Of a stretch of 64,000 nt of DNA, positions 1-8,992 are shown one piece after another (within the stretch, counting starts at the first letter, position 1; each line of letters begins with the position of its first letter). A program made the position numbers and the translations under genes. Location of the stretch: NCBI GenBank assembly GCA_963657245.1, contig CAVKLJ010000002.1, positions 59,801-123,800 of the forward strand. The letters are read 5' to 3'. The notes beneath the pieces were generated by a model, which saw only the letters and a list, made by a program, of their open reading frames with translations, had not been told where the DNA came from and did not search any database. Source of the DNA: Lachnospiraceae bacterium (GTDB lineage Bacteria; Bacillota_I; Bacilli_A; RFN20; CAG-826).

Positions 1-80
1 TTCCTCTTTATTTTTGTAAGGGCTTACATTTATAATAGTGGCAGATTCAAAAAACCAAAATTATCAAGGAGGGTTTTAAA

Positions 81-1442
81 ATGAATTACAAAAAATTTAT
101 GCTCCCACTTGCTTCTTTGGCAATCATTTCTTGCTTAGGAAGCTGTGCGTCGGATGAGAATCCACAAAAGAAGGTTGTAGAAGCGGCCGTTGAAGCAGCC
201 CAAAAGATGACTCGTGATGAGCTAATGCAAAAAGCTGCCGATGAAATCCAAGACGGTGATTTAAAATTTACCGGTACTTCTTCCCGTCTACACAAGGCAG
301 AAGACAAATTCAAGGCACTTTTAGCAACGAAAAACGCAAAATGCGCAAATATGACCTTTTCTGGTGATAAATCCATCGATGATGGCCATATCTACCAAAC
401 GCTTGCAAACGATATCAAAGCAAACAAAACGGATTGCTATGATGGTTTCCTTCTCCAAGATGGTTATCAGCTTCAAAAATACGCCATCGACACTGGATAC
501 ATGGTTAACTATGTTCCAAAGGAGTGGAATGATGATTCTGCAACCGATAAGAATAAGAACAAGAATCCATTCTCCTTACAATACAACTTCAAGACGTGGT
601 TAGTTAATGACGCCAATGGCGATGGCACAGGCGTTGATAACGTTTGGGATTTCACAAAGACCGGACAAAAACTCGCTGCCATGAATCCAAACAACGAAAA
701 CGTTAACCGTGACTTCCTTATCATGTTAACAAAGGATGAAAATTGCAAGATGCTTAAAGAAGCATATGAAGACAGCACAAACTCTTCTGACATCAAAGTT
801 GATGACTATGCTTCGTATGGCGAATTAAAGAAATACGCTTATGCATTCATTGCAGGTTTCATCAAGAATGCATCGTTTGCAAAAGATGATGGCGATATCA
901 TCAACCCATTATCTAAGAAGTCCGCTGATGGATCTGCAGCTTGGATTGTCTATTCCAAGATGAACAACATCGAAGAAACGGAAGATGTTTCCAAGAAATT
1001 CCTTGTTTCTCCAGCGCTTGGCACCAATAACACCGATGGAGCGACAGCAACTATGAACATGAAAGGCTTCTCTGGCTTCATGTATAAACATTACTTAATG
1101 GTTTCCTCCATCACAAAACATCCATATACAACATGTGCCTTCATTAACTATCTTGCGACAACCGCTGATGGTTTCAAGGCATGGGGTAATGATATTGGTG
1201 ACTATCCATCAATGCCTTCAGTAGATGTTAACCGCCGCAAATTCGGCCATGGCTCATTCGTTGATGGCAAATGGGTACAAAACGATGAAGGAGAAAATGT
1301 CTTCCCAGTCATGAATGACCCAAGTGGTGATTGGTGGACTTCAACTGGTAAAGCAATCGTCGAAGATCCTGAATTCTTGGGACAAAATTACGCAACAGTT
1401 AACGAATTCATTGTTAATACGACAGCTAAGAAAACTTCCTAA
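81..1442 (+). CDS. ABC transporter substrate-binding lipoprotein (extracellular solute-binding protein)
   Basis: N-terminal signal peptide ending in the lipobox LGSC (MNYKKFMLPLASLAIISCLGSCAS). It is the first gene of an SBP-permease-ATPase operon and has an RBS GGAGGG upstream. Substrate is not inferable. Confidence 0.6.
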   Translation: MNYKKFMLPLASLAIISCLGSCASDENPQKKVVEAAVEAAQKMTRDELMQKAADEIQDGDLKFTGTSSRLHKAEDKFKALLATKNAKCANMTFSGDKSIDDGHIYQTLANDIKANKTDCYDGFLLQDGYQLQKYAIDTGYMVNYVPKEWNDDSATDKNKNKNPFSLQYNFKTWLVNDANGDGTGVDNVWDFTKTGQKLAAMNPNNENVNRDFLIMLTKDENCKMLKEAYEDSTNSSDIKVDDYASYGELKKYAYAFIAGFIKNASFAKDDGDIINPLSKKSADGSAAWIVYSKMNNIEETEDVSKKFLVSPALGTNNTDGATATMNMKGFSGFMYKHYLMVSSITKHPYTTCAFINYLATTADGFKAWGNDIGDYPSMPSVDVNRRKFGHGSFVDGKWVQNDEGENVFPVMNDPSGDWWTSTGKAIVEDPEFLGQNYATVNEFIVNTTAKKTS

Positions 1443-1453
1443 TTAGCAAAACC

Positions 1454-1491
1454 ATTACCGGGGTTAGGAAAAAACTAACTCCGGTAATTTT
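1454..1491 (+). other. intercistronic stem-loop (8-bp perfect IR ATTACCGG / CCGGTAAT, 19-nt loop, short U run)
   Basis: Perfect inverted repeat between the SBP and permease genes, as is common in ABC operons. A likely partial terminator or mRNA stabiliser. Confidence 0.45.
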
Positions 1492-1518
1492 ATGAAAACT
1501 ATTAGAAAGGAGAAAAAC

Positions 1519-3366
1519 ATGGATTCCTACACAGAAAGTAATGGAGAACAAAAGAATTTCCTAAAGGATGTCAAAAAAGGTTTAAACAAAACGCTAACCT
1601 TTTTTGGCGTTCCCGCAAATACGATTCTTGTTTTCTTTGGAATTGTTCTTTTGCTTCTAACACTAATTCCTACCATCTCAATTGCAATCACAACTCTTAC
1701 AGTAAAGGATCCTATTCTTGGAACCATCTCTGGTTTTACTTGGGCCAACTATTACAACACCTTTGCTGGCGCTAATGCAGTTGGCTTCTTCTGGAAACCT
1801 TTATTAAGAAGCCTTTTGGTTTCTGTGTTGGCTTGTGCTTTTGCCCTTGTTTTTGGCGGAATAACAGCTTATTTAATCACTAGAACAGACTTAAAATTCA
1901 AAAAATTCATCTCATCAGTATTCATCTTCCCTTATGTTATGCCTCAATGGACGTTGGCTCTTTTCTGGCGTAACCTCTTTGTTAATACCGAGACAAACTG
2001 GGCTTTGGCCTATAAAGGAGAATTCCAAGCCATAACGGGTTTATGCGTGCCTAACTGGATGGTATTCGGCGTTTTCCCAATCGCGTTGGTCTTAGGGCTA
2101 CACTATGCTCCATTTGCCTACATTCTTCTTGGTGGTGTTCTAAGAAACATGGACTCCAACCTTGAAGAAGCCGCAGTTATCTTAAACATTCCTAAGTGGA
2201 AGGTTTTCTTCAAAGTAACCATTCCAATGTTAAAACCGGCAATTCTTTCAACGGTCTTACTGGTTTTCTCGTCTGCATTATCTTCTTATGCAGTTCCTGT
2301 TACTTTGGGTGACCCTATCGGCTATGGCCTTCTTTCCACCCAAATGGAATGGATGATCAATAGCTCGACCACAACAGAAAGCGGTATGGGTAACGTTATC
2401 TCCATTGTCTTGATTTTCATTGGCATGTTGATTCTTCTTATCAACCAATATCAAACTGGTTCAAGAAAACAATTCACGACTGTTTCAGGAAAATCCGGAC
2501 AAGCCGAAACGAAGACTCTTGGAAAAGTCGGAAGATGGGTCATCTCGATTATTCTTGTTATCATCGTTACTTTCTTCTGCATCGGACCAATGATTTCCTT
2601 TGCAATTGAATCTGTCCTTCCAAACCAAGGTGACTATTCTTCAGGCATCACTTGGAAATGGTGGATCACAAACGATAAATCCCTTAGAAACGGAAATAAC
2701 GGATTACTTTATTCCACCGACGTTTGGGGAGCACTTGGAAATTCCATCTTATTGAGCGTCATTTGTTCCTTGCTTGCTGGCACGATTGGCCTTCTTATTG
2801 GCTATGCTGTTGCTAAGAAACGTAAATCTAAATTAGCTCAATTCGTTAATGGCTTGGCTTTCTTGCCTTACTTATTGCCATCAATTTCAATGTCGGTTAT
2901 CTTCTATACCCTAGCAAGCGATATGGCGGGCATGGGTATGACATTGCTTGCAAAGAATTGGATGTTACTTGCAGTTATTGTTGGAACAATTAAGTACATA
3001 CCATTCGCTTCAAGAAGTTCTCTTAACGCGATGCTACAGCTTTCTAACGAGATTGAAGAAGCGGCAGTCATACAAAACGTTAATTGGGGAAAACGTATGT
3101 TACACGTCATCTTCCCAATTCAGAAGAGCTCATTCCTTTCTGGATATCTCTTACCATTCATTTCCTGCATGAGAGAGCTTTCCCTCTTCGTCTTCATCGT
3201 TCCTGCTTCTGGCGTTTTGACAAGGCAACTTTTCTTGTTCGAAGCAGACGGTATTCCTGCACTTGAAAATGGTGCAAACTTAATGCTTATCATCGTCATC
3301 CTCGTATTCAATTGGCTCATCAACAAGATCACTGGAGCCAGCTTAGACAAAGGCATCGGAGGTTAG
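1519..3366 (+). CDS. ABC transporter permease, fused two-domain (FbpB/ThiP/PotBC-like, about 12 TM)
   Basis: Long polytopic membrane protein with two permease-like halves. I prefer the ATG at 1519 with the AAGGAG RBS over the ORF-track ATG at 1492, which has no RBS. Confidence 0.6.
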   Translation: MDSYTESNGEQKNFLKDVKKGLNKTLTFFGVPANTILVFFGIVLLLLTLIPTISIAITTLTVKDPILGTISGFTWANYYNTFAGANAVGFFWKPLLRSLLVSVLACAFALVFGGITAYLITRTDLKFKKFISSVFIFPYVMPQWTLALFWRNLFVNTETNWALAYKGEFQAITGLCVPNWMVFGVFPIALVLGLHYAPFAYILLGGVLRNMDSNLEEAAVILNIPKWKVFFKVTIPMLKPAILSTVLLVFSSALSSYAVPVTLGDPIGYGLLSTQMEWMINSSTTTESGMGNVISIVLIFIGMLILLINQYQTGSRKQFTTVSGKSGQAETKTLGKVGRWVISIILVIIVTFFCIGPMISFAIESVLPNQGDYSSGITWKWWITNDKSLRNGNNGLLYSTDVWGALGNSILLSVICSLLAGTIGLLIGYAVAKKRKSKLAQFVNGLAFLPYLLPSISMSVIFYTLASDMAGMGMTLLAKNWMLLAVIVGTIKYIPFASRSSLNAMLQLSNEIEEAAVIQNVNWGKRMLHVIFPIQKSSFLSGYLLPFISCMRELSLFVFIVPASGVLTRQLFLFEADGIPALENGANLMLIIVILVFNWLINKITGASLDKGIGG

Positions 3367-3370
3367 TTTT

Positions 3371-5020
3371 ATGCCAGAAATAGTATTAGAAAATGTATGT
3401 AAGAGATGGAAAGGTTTCTATGCCGTAGATAACCTAAATATGACAATCAAAGATAATGGATTCATCACTCTTCTTGGCCCATCTGGATGCGGTAAGACAA
3501 CCACATTACGTATGATTGCTGGTCTAGAGACTCCAACAAGTGGAAAAATAACCATTGGTGGAGAAACTGTCTTTGATAGCGATTCTGGAATAAATATCCC
3601 CGCAAACGAAAGACATGTAGGCTTCCTTTTCCAGAACTATGCCCTTTGGCCACATATGACAGTTTATAAGAATATCACCTTTGGTCTTCATGAATTGAAG
3701 GGGGAAATGCCAGTGATTTCTTCAGAATACAAAAAATATAAACGTCTTTCTGAAGTGGTTACAAAGATTTCTGAAATCAAAAAATTCGTTAATTATTCTT
3801 ATGACAAAAACGGCAAGATCGTTGAAGGAAAAGCTCTCTTATTCATCATTGATGGTTTCAAGATTTCCATGTCTTCAGCAAAAGAATTGTTCTCTTTGAA
3901 ACTACACGAAAAGAGCGATGAGGAAGCTCTTGATATTGCCAATAGAAAGAGAGAAGAATATTTAGAAAAAGTCGATCAAGAGGCAAGAAAAGTCGAAGAT
4001 AAAGGCTACACTCTTGATGAAGAAGGTCGCTATACAAAAGATGGTGAAATCGTTAAAAAGGTTCGTAAGCTAGATTCCGAAGAAATCGATTTACGTGTCC
4101 GCCATGTCGCACGTATTGTTCATATTGGCGAATTCATGGATAGATATCCAGCAGAACTCTCTGGTGGCCAACAACAACGTGTCGCAATTGCTAGAACCCT
4201 TGCACCAGAGCCAAAAGTCATCTTCATGGATGAGCCTCTTTCTAACCTTGATGCCAAGCTTAGACTTGAGATGCGTTCTGAGTTAAAAAGACTTCATAAA
4301 GAAACCGGTTCAACCTTTGTTTATGTCACTCACGATCAACAAGAGGCTATGACCCTTGCTACAAAGATTTGTTTAATAAACAACGGTGTCCTTCAACAAT
4401 ATGAAGCGCCTCTTGATGTCTATAAGCAGCCAAATAACTTATTTGTCGCAGATTTCATTGGTTCTCCATCAATTAACTTTGTTGAAGTTGACGCAGAACA
4501 ATCCGGAGAAAATATTGCGATCAATATGTTTGATGGCGTCAAAGCGACATTTAAGCCAAATACCTATGTCGATTTAGAAGCCTTCAAAGCCAAACGCGAC
4601 AAAGATATGGCAGAAGAAAAAGCCCGTAAAGCAGAAGAGGCCTCCAAGAAAGGCCACGTCGAGAAAGAAAATGCTGACCGTGACTTCAACTACCGTATTC
4701 CAAAGGTTAATGGAACAATCATGAGAGAAGAAGAACACGAAGAAGCGGAAAACAAACTCATTATTGGTATTCGTCCTGAATTCATTAAGCTTTCTAACAA
4801 AAAAGGCTTGGATGGAGAAATCTACAGTGCTCTTCCAACAGGTATGGAAACAACCGCTAGACTTAGAATTGGCGAGTATCTTCTAACCGCCGTTATCTTT
4901 GGTGGAGTCGACTATATGATTGGTGCAAAAACCAAACTAGACTTCACGGGAAATGAGATTCTCTTATTTGACCGCAAGAGTGGACAGCTCATTGCTTCAG
5001 GGCAATTAAGCGTAGACTAA
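3371..5020 (+). CDS. ABC transporter ATP-binding protein (PotA/FbpC family) with a roughly 150-aa Lys/Glu-rich insertion
   Basis: Walker A LLGPSGCGKTT, Q-loop region, ABC signature LSGGQQQRVAIARTL, Walker B IFMDEPLSNLD and a C-terminal TOBE-like domain. A charged coiled-coil insertion lies between the Q-loop and the signature. Confidence 0.8.
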   Translation: MPEIVLENVCKRWKGFYAVDNLNMTIKDNGFITLLGPSGCGKTTTLRMIAGLETPTSGKITIGGETVFDSDSGINIPANERHVGFLFQNYALWPHMTVYKNITFGLHELKGEMPVISSEYKKYKRLSEVVTKISEIKKFVNYSYDKNGKIVEGKALLFIIDGFKISMSSAKELFSLKLHEKSDEEALDIANRKREEYLEKVDQEARKVEDKGYTLDEEGRYTKDGEIVKKVRKLDSEEIDLRVRHVARIVHIGEFMDRYPAELSGGQQQRVAIARTLAPEPKVIFMDEPLSNLDAKLRLEMRSELKRLHKETGSTFVYVTHDQQEAMTLATKICLINNGVLQQYEAPLDVYKQPNNLFVADFIGSPSINFVEVDAEQSGENIAINMFDGVKATFKPNTYVDLEAFKAKRDKDMAEEKARKAEEASKKGHVEKENADRDFNYRIPKVNGTIMREEEHEEAENKLIIGIRPEFIKLSNKKGLDGEIYSALPTGMETTARLRIGEYLLTAVIFGGVDYMIGAKTKLDFTGNEILLFDRKSGQLIASGQLSVD

Positions 5021-5026
5021 AACAAT

Positions 5027-5052
5027 AGAGGTGGAGAAATCCGCCTCTTTTG
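5027..5052 (+). terminator. rho-independent terminator
   Basis: AGAGGTGG-agaaat-CCGCCTCT stem with one G:U pair, followed by TTTTG. Confidence 0.6.
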
Positions 5053-5139
5053 CAAACAAACCTTAGGGAAAAATTGTAAATTGATTTATGGATATTTAGT
5101 AATAAAATATCCCTAGTTGTCGGAGGAAAGATATTTTTT

Positions 5140-5817
5140 ATGGCAAAAGCAAAAAGAGAAAAAGGAAAACTCTGGAAAGAATTTAAAGAGTTCATCAACA
5201 AAGGTAACGCCTTAATGTTGGCCGTCGGTGTCGTCATTGGTGGTGCCTTTAGCGCAATAACTAACGCATTCGTCAACATCTTATTAAGTGTTTGCACCTG
5301 GGCAGTTCCAGGAGGTTTAAAAGGACTTGTCACAGTTCTTCCAGCCTTAAACGATACCCAAAGAGGTGTTGAAGGCATCGGACAAAAATTCACCGATATT
5401 ACTGAAGCCACAATCCTATATGCCAAGTCTCAAGGTGTTACGATCACAAAAGATTCTGATACCTTTGTTCAATGGCAAACAGCTCTCAAAGGACTTTATA
5501 CTCTCCATGGATCAACCTGGACATATAACATGTCTGCTGTTATCGATTGGGGCACATTAATCAATGCTGCTATCTCTTTCGTCATCATTGCTTTGGTCTT
5601 ATTCATTGTTGTCAAAGTTGCTAACACAATTGCAGCCAAGAAGAAAGAACTCGATGCAGAACTTCTCGAAGCATATTATCAAAAGCATCCAGAAGAAAGA
5701 CCTGCACCAGTTGAACCAGGACTTCCTGAACCAACAGAAAAAGAACTTCTTGGTCAAATTCTCCTTGAATTAAAGAAGAGCAACGGCAGTGCGCCAAAAG
5801 CTCCTGAAAACAACTAA
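5140..5817 (+). CDS. mscL: large-conductance mechanosensitive channel MscL (long-loop variant)
   Basis: N-terminus KEFKEFINKGNALMLAVGVVIGGAFSAITNAFVNILL matches the MscL TM1 signature. RBS GGAGGAAAG. At 225 aa it is longer than typical, with an enlarged TM1-TM2 loop. Confidence 0.7.
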   Translation: MAKAKREKGKLWKEFKEFINKGNALMLAVGVVIGGAFSAITNAFVNILLSVCTWAVPGGLKGLVTVLPALNDTQRGVEGIGQKFTDITEATILYAKSQGVTITKDSDTFVQWQTALKGLYTLHGSTWTYNMSAVIDWGTLINAAISFVIIALVLFIVVKVANTIAAKKKELDAELLEAYYQKHPEERPAPVEPGLPEPTEKELLGQILLELKKSNGSAPKAPENN

Positions 5818-5845
5818 TAAAAGGAAAAATCGACAACTAAAAATT

Positions 5846-5873
5846 AAAACGGGTTCTTGCCCGTTTTATTTTT
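5846..5873. terminator. bidirectional rho-independent terminator
   Basis: AAAACGGG-ttcttg-CCCGTTTT with a T run. It sits between the convergent mscL (+) and ATP-grasp (-) genes. Confidence 0.7.
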
Positions 5874-5877
5874 ATCT

Positions 5878-6753
5878 TCAGATGGATTCGGTTATATGCT
5901 TTGCGTATTTTTCGGCAATATTGATTCCCGTTGTTTCTTCGATGCCTTTTAAGAAAGCGTTCGAATTTACCTCACATAGGACTGCTTCTCCATCTTTTCC
6001 TTTTAAGAGGTCGATACCACAGTAATCTAATTTTAAAATTTGCGCGGCTTTTTCTGCCAAAGCGATATAGGAAGATGGAATTTCTGTTAGTATTCCTTTT
6101 CCTCCAACGGCAATATTGCTCCTGAAATCACCATTTTCATTTAGACGTTGCATGCCGGCGACAAATTTGCCACCAATAAGAATCAAACGATAATCAAAAC
6201 CAAACGACGATTTGATAAACTCTTGGTATAAATGAGGCTCACTTTGATATTTCTTTTCGAACTCAATCAATTGTTCTTTATTTTCTAAGAGGAAGACTCC
6301 TTTTCCTAAAGAACCGTAGTTACGTTTTGCAATAAGTGGGAACTCTAATTCTTTCTCAACGTTATTTAGGAACTTATCGTCGAAGTTATTTGAATAATTA
6401 AGTGGAGCGGATATGGTCTTAGGCATCCTTATGCCGTTGTTTGCTAGATATATATGAGTGATCATCTTATCGTCACAAAGATAGATTGCTTCAGAAGAAT
6501 TAAATAAACGTAACCCGGATAGTTCTAGCATCTTAGAAATATATCCATCTTTATCTAGATATAAGCAAAACTCATATTTAGGAAGGCTATTACGGATCGA
6601 TCCATCAGAATCGATAAGAACGCTTAATTCTTGATTTGTTTTCATTTCCAAATCGATATCAAGTTTAGATAGTTCCTCTTTCATTCTTTGATAGAAATGC
6701 AATGGTCCACCTTGTTGAACATATCCATTTAGCAAACATAACGCTTTTTTCAT
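5878..6753 (-). CDS. RimK-family ATP-grasp ligase (alpha-L-glutamate ligase-like)
   Basis: The C-terminal half matches RimK ATP-grasp motifs: YRLILIGGKFVAGMQRLNENGDFRSNIAVGG, and GIDLLKGKDGEAVLCEVNSNAFLKGIEETTGINIA. Confidence 0.55.
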   Translation of the reverse strand: MKKALCLLNGYVQQGGPLHFYQRMKEELSKLDIDLEMKTNQELSVLIDSDGSIRNSLPKYEFCLYLDKDGYISKMLELSGLRLFNSSEAIYLCDDKMITHIYLANNGIRMPKTISAPLNYSNNFDDKFLNNVEKELEFPLIAKRNYGSLGKGVFLLENKEQLIEFEKKYQSEPHLYQEFIKSSFGFDYRLILIGGKFVAGMQRLNENGDFRSNIAVGGKGILTEIPSSYIALAEKAAQILKLDYCGIDLLKGKDGEAVLCEVNSNAFLKGIEETTGINIAEKYAKHITESI

Positions 6754-6789
6754 AGAGAGTAGTTTATCTTATTTTTCTCCTAAAGGTAA

Positions 6790-6826
6790 TTGTCATAATA
6801 AGACATAATTATGCTAAAATAATGAC
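6790..6826 (+). promoter_or_regulatory. candidate promoter (TTGTCA, 19 nt, TGcTAAAAT extended -10) with a 10-bp perfect palindrome CATAATTATG (6804-6813). The ATG follows about 6 nt after the -10, so the mRNA may be leaderless
   Basis: Read directly from the sequence. There is no SD sequence before the 6827 ATG. Confidence 0.35.
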
Positions 6827-8956
6827 ATGAATAAGAAAATCCAGCCTATTACTGCTCTAAGAGATACAAACAAACTCGAAAAAGACTTAAATGAAAACAA
6901 CGGTCTTATCTATATCACGAAGAACGGATATTCATCTTTTGTGATTTTATCTCCTGATAGATATGAGCAATTATCAGAAAAGAATATCAACCTTCCAAGG
7001 AAAGAAGGCAAAAACCAGCCATTATGCCTTGAAGGAAAAGAACAATCAGATCCTATGGGGTTTGTTAATGTTCGCTCGGCGACAATCGAAGTGGAAGTCG
7101 GTGGCATTAAGCATAACGAAGAAGAAATCATCAAGAAAGTTCATGAAGCGAATAATGATAAAGTCTCCATTCTTGTTTTAAACGAACTATGTTTAACTGG
7201 ATATACGTGTAATGACATCTTCCTTTTCCAAAGCATTCTTTCTAAAGCAGAGTCTTCTCTCCTAAATATCGTTAAAGAGACAAAAAACGACGATGTTTTA
7301 TTTGTTGTCGGTCTTCCTTTAGCAAAAGGCAATGACCTCTATAACTGTGCGGCCATCATTCATAAAGGAAAAATCTTAGGCTTCGTTCCTAAGACATATA
7401 TTCCAAATTATGGCGAATTCTATGAAGCAAGATGGTTTAAAGGGTATGACGAAGAAAACTCAACGATTTTGCTTGATGGAAAGACTTATCCATTTGGCAA
7501 AAAACTAATTTTCATCGATGAAAGTTACCCGAAATTGAAAATTGGCGTGGAAATCTGCGAAGATTTATGGGTGCCAAATACCTCATCAACGAATCTAGCT
7601 TTAGCTGGTGCAAACGTTATTTTGAATCTATCCGCGTCAAACGAAACGGTTGGTAAAGCTGAATATAGACGTGACCTTGTTAGAATGACATCCGCAAGAT
7701 TACATGCGGCATATATTTATTCCGATGCAGGGGATGGAGAATCTACGACAGATTTAGTTTTCTCCTCACATAATATCATCGCAGAAAACGGAACAATCCT
7801 TTCAGAGACCGAACCATTCAAGATGGAAGAGGCAACCTCAACAATAGATATCGAGAAACTTGAATCAGGACGTCTAAAGGCAAACACCTTTGATACAAAT
7901 ACAAACTCTTTCTTATACATTCCTTTTGAGATGAAATTAGAAACCCCAAATAGCCTTCTAAGGCATTATTCAAGGAATCCATTCATTCCTGAAGGAAAAG
8001 AAATTGATTTAAAACGTGTTCAAACGATTTTGGATATTCAATCTATGGGTCTTGTTAAGAGATTACATACAGTTAGACAAAATAAGGCGATAATCGGTTT
8101 AAGTGGCGGTCTTGATTCCACTCTTGCCTTATTAGTCACAGTTGAAGCATTTAAGAAAGCCAACTTTGATCTTAAGGGCATAACGGCAATAACCTTACCT
8201 GCCTTTGGCACAAGCAAACGTACTCACGATAATGCAAAGTTACTTGCTGAAGAACTTGGCGTTTCTTTTGAAGAAATAAACATCAAAGAGACTTTGGTTT
8301 CACATTTCAAAGATATAAATCATGATATTGATAATCACAATGTCGTATATGAAAACGCTCAAGCTAGAGAAAGAACGCAAGTCTTGATGGATATTGCCAA
8401 CGATCGTAATTCCTTAATGATTGGAACAGGAGATTTATCTGAACTTTGTTTAGGCTGGTGCACGTATAATGGCGATCATATGTCGATGTATGGCGTTAAC
8501 GCGTCTATTCCTAAGACCTTGGTTAGATATCTTTGCGAAGGCTATGCAATCCTTCATCCAGAAGCAGCAGTAGCCTTAAATGATATCATCGACACTCCAA
8601 TTAGCCCAGAACTCTTACCAACCGATAAAAATGGGAATATAGCTCAAATGACTGAAGATAAGGTCGGACCATATGAACTCAATGATTTCTTTATCTATCA
8701 TTTCCTGCGTTTTGGATATAGGCCAGCAAAGTTATTAAAAATAGCAATGGTGGCATATGAAGGAAAATATGACAAAGAGTTCATTAAGAAATGGCTTAGA
8801 GCTTTCTTCTCACGTTTCTACCATAACCAATTTAAACGTTCTTGTCTTCCTGATGGAGCAAAAGTTGGTAGCGTAGCAATCTCCCCAAGAGGTGACCTAA
8901 GAATGCCTTCAGACGCCTCAGTTGATGATTTATTGCAAGAGATTGATGAACTTTGA
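6827..8956 (+). CDS. nadE: glutamine-dependent NAD+ synthetase (CN-hydrolase plus PP-loop synthetase domains) with an in-frame N-terminal Phd/YefM-like module
   Basis: CN-hydrolase region VSILVLNELCLTGYTCNDIF; PP-loop IGLSGGLDSTLALLV; C-terminal motifs resembling M. tuberculosis-type NadE. Residues 1-55 resemble a Phd/YefM antitoxin. Confidence 0.8.
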   Translation: MNKKIQPITALRDTNKLEKDLNENNGLIYITKNGYSSFVILSPDRYEQLSEKNINLPRKEGKNQPLCLEGKEQSDPMGFVNVRSATIEVEVGGIKHNEEEIIKKVHEANNDKVSILVLNELCLTGYTCNDIFLFQSILSKAESSLLNIVKETKNDDVLFVVGLPLAKGNDLYNCAAIIHKGKILGFVPKTYIPNYGEFYEARWFKGYDEENSTILLDGKTYPFGKKLIFIDESYPKLKIGVEICEDLWVPNTSSTNLALAGANVILNLSASNETVGKAEYRRDLVRMTSARLHAAYIYSDAGDGESTTDLVFSSHNIIAENGTILSETEPFKMEEATSTIDIEKLESGRLKANTFDTNTNSFLYIPFEMKLETPNSLLRHYSRNPFIPEGKEIDLKRVQTILDIQSMGLVKRLHTVRQNKAIIGLSGGLDSTLALLVTVEAFKKANFDLKGITAITLPAFGTSKRTHDNAKLLAEELGVSFEEINIKETLVSHFKDINHDIDNHNVVYENAQARERTQVLMDIANDRNSLMIGTGDLSELCLGWCTYNGDHMSMYGVNASIPKTLVRYLCEGYAILHPEAAVALNDIIDTPISPELLPTDKNGNIAQMTEDKVGPYELNDFFIYHFLRFGYRPAKLLKIAMVAYEGKYDKEFIKKWLRAFFSRFYHNQFKRSCLPDGAKVGSVAISPRGDLRMPSDASVDDLLQEIDEL

Positions 8957-8992
8957 TAGTTTTCGTTCAATAAAAAAGGTAATATAAAGACT

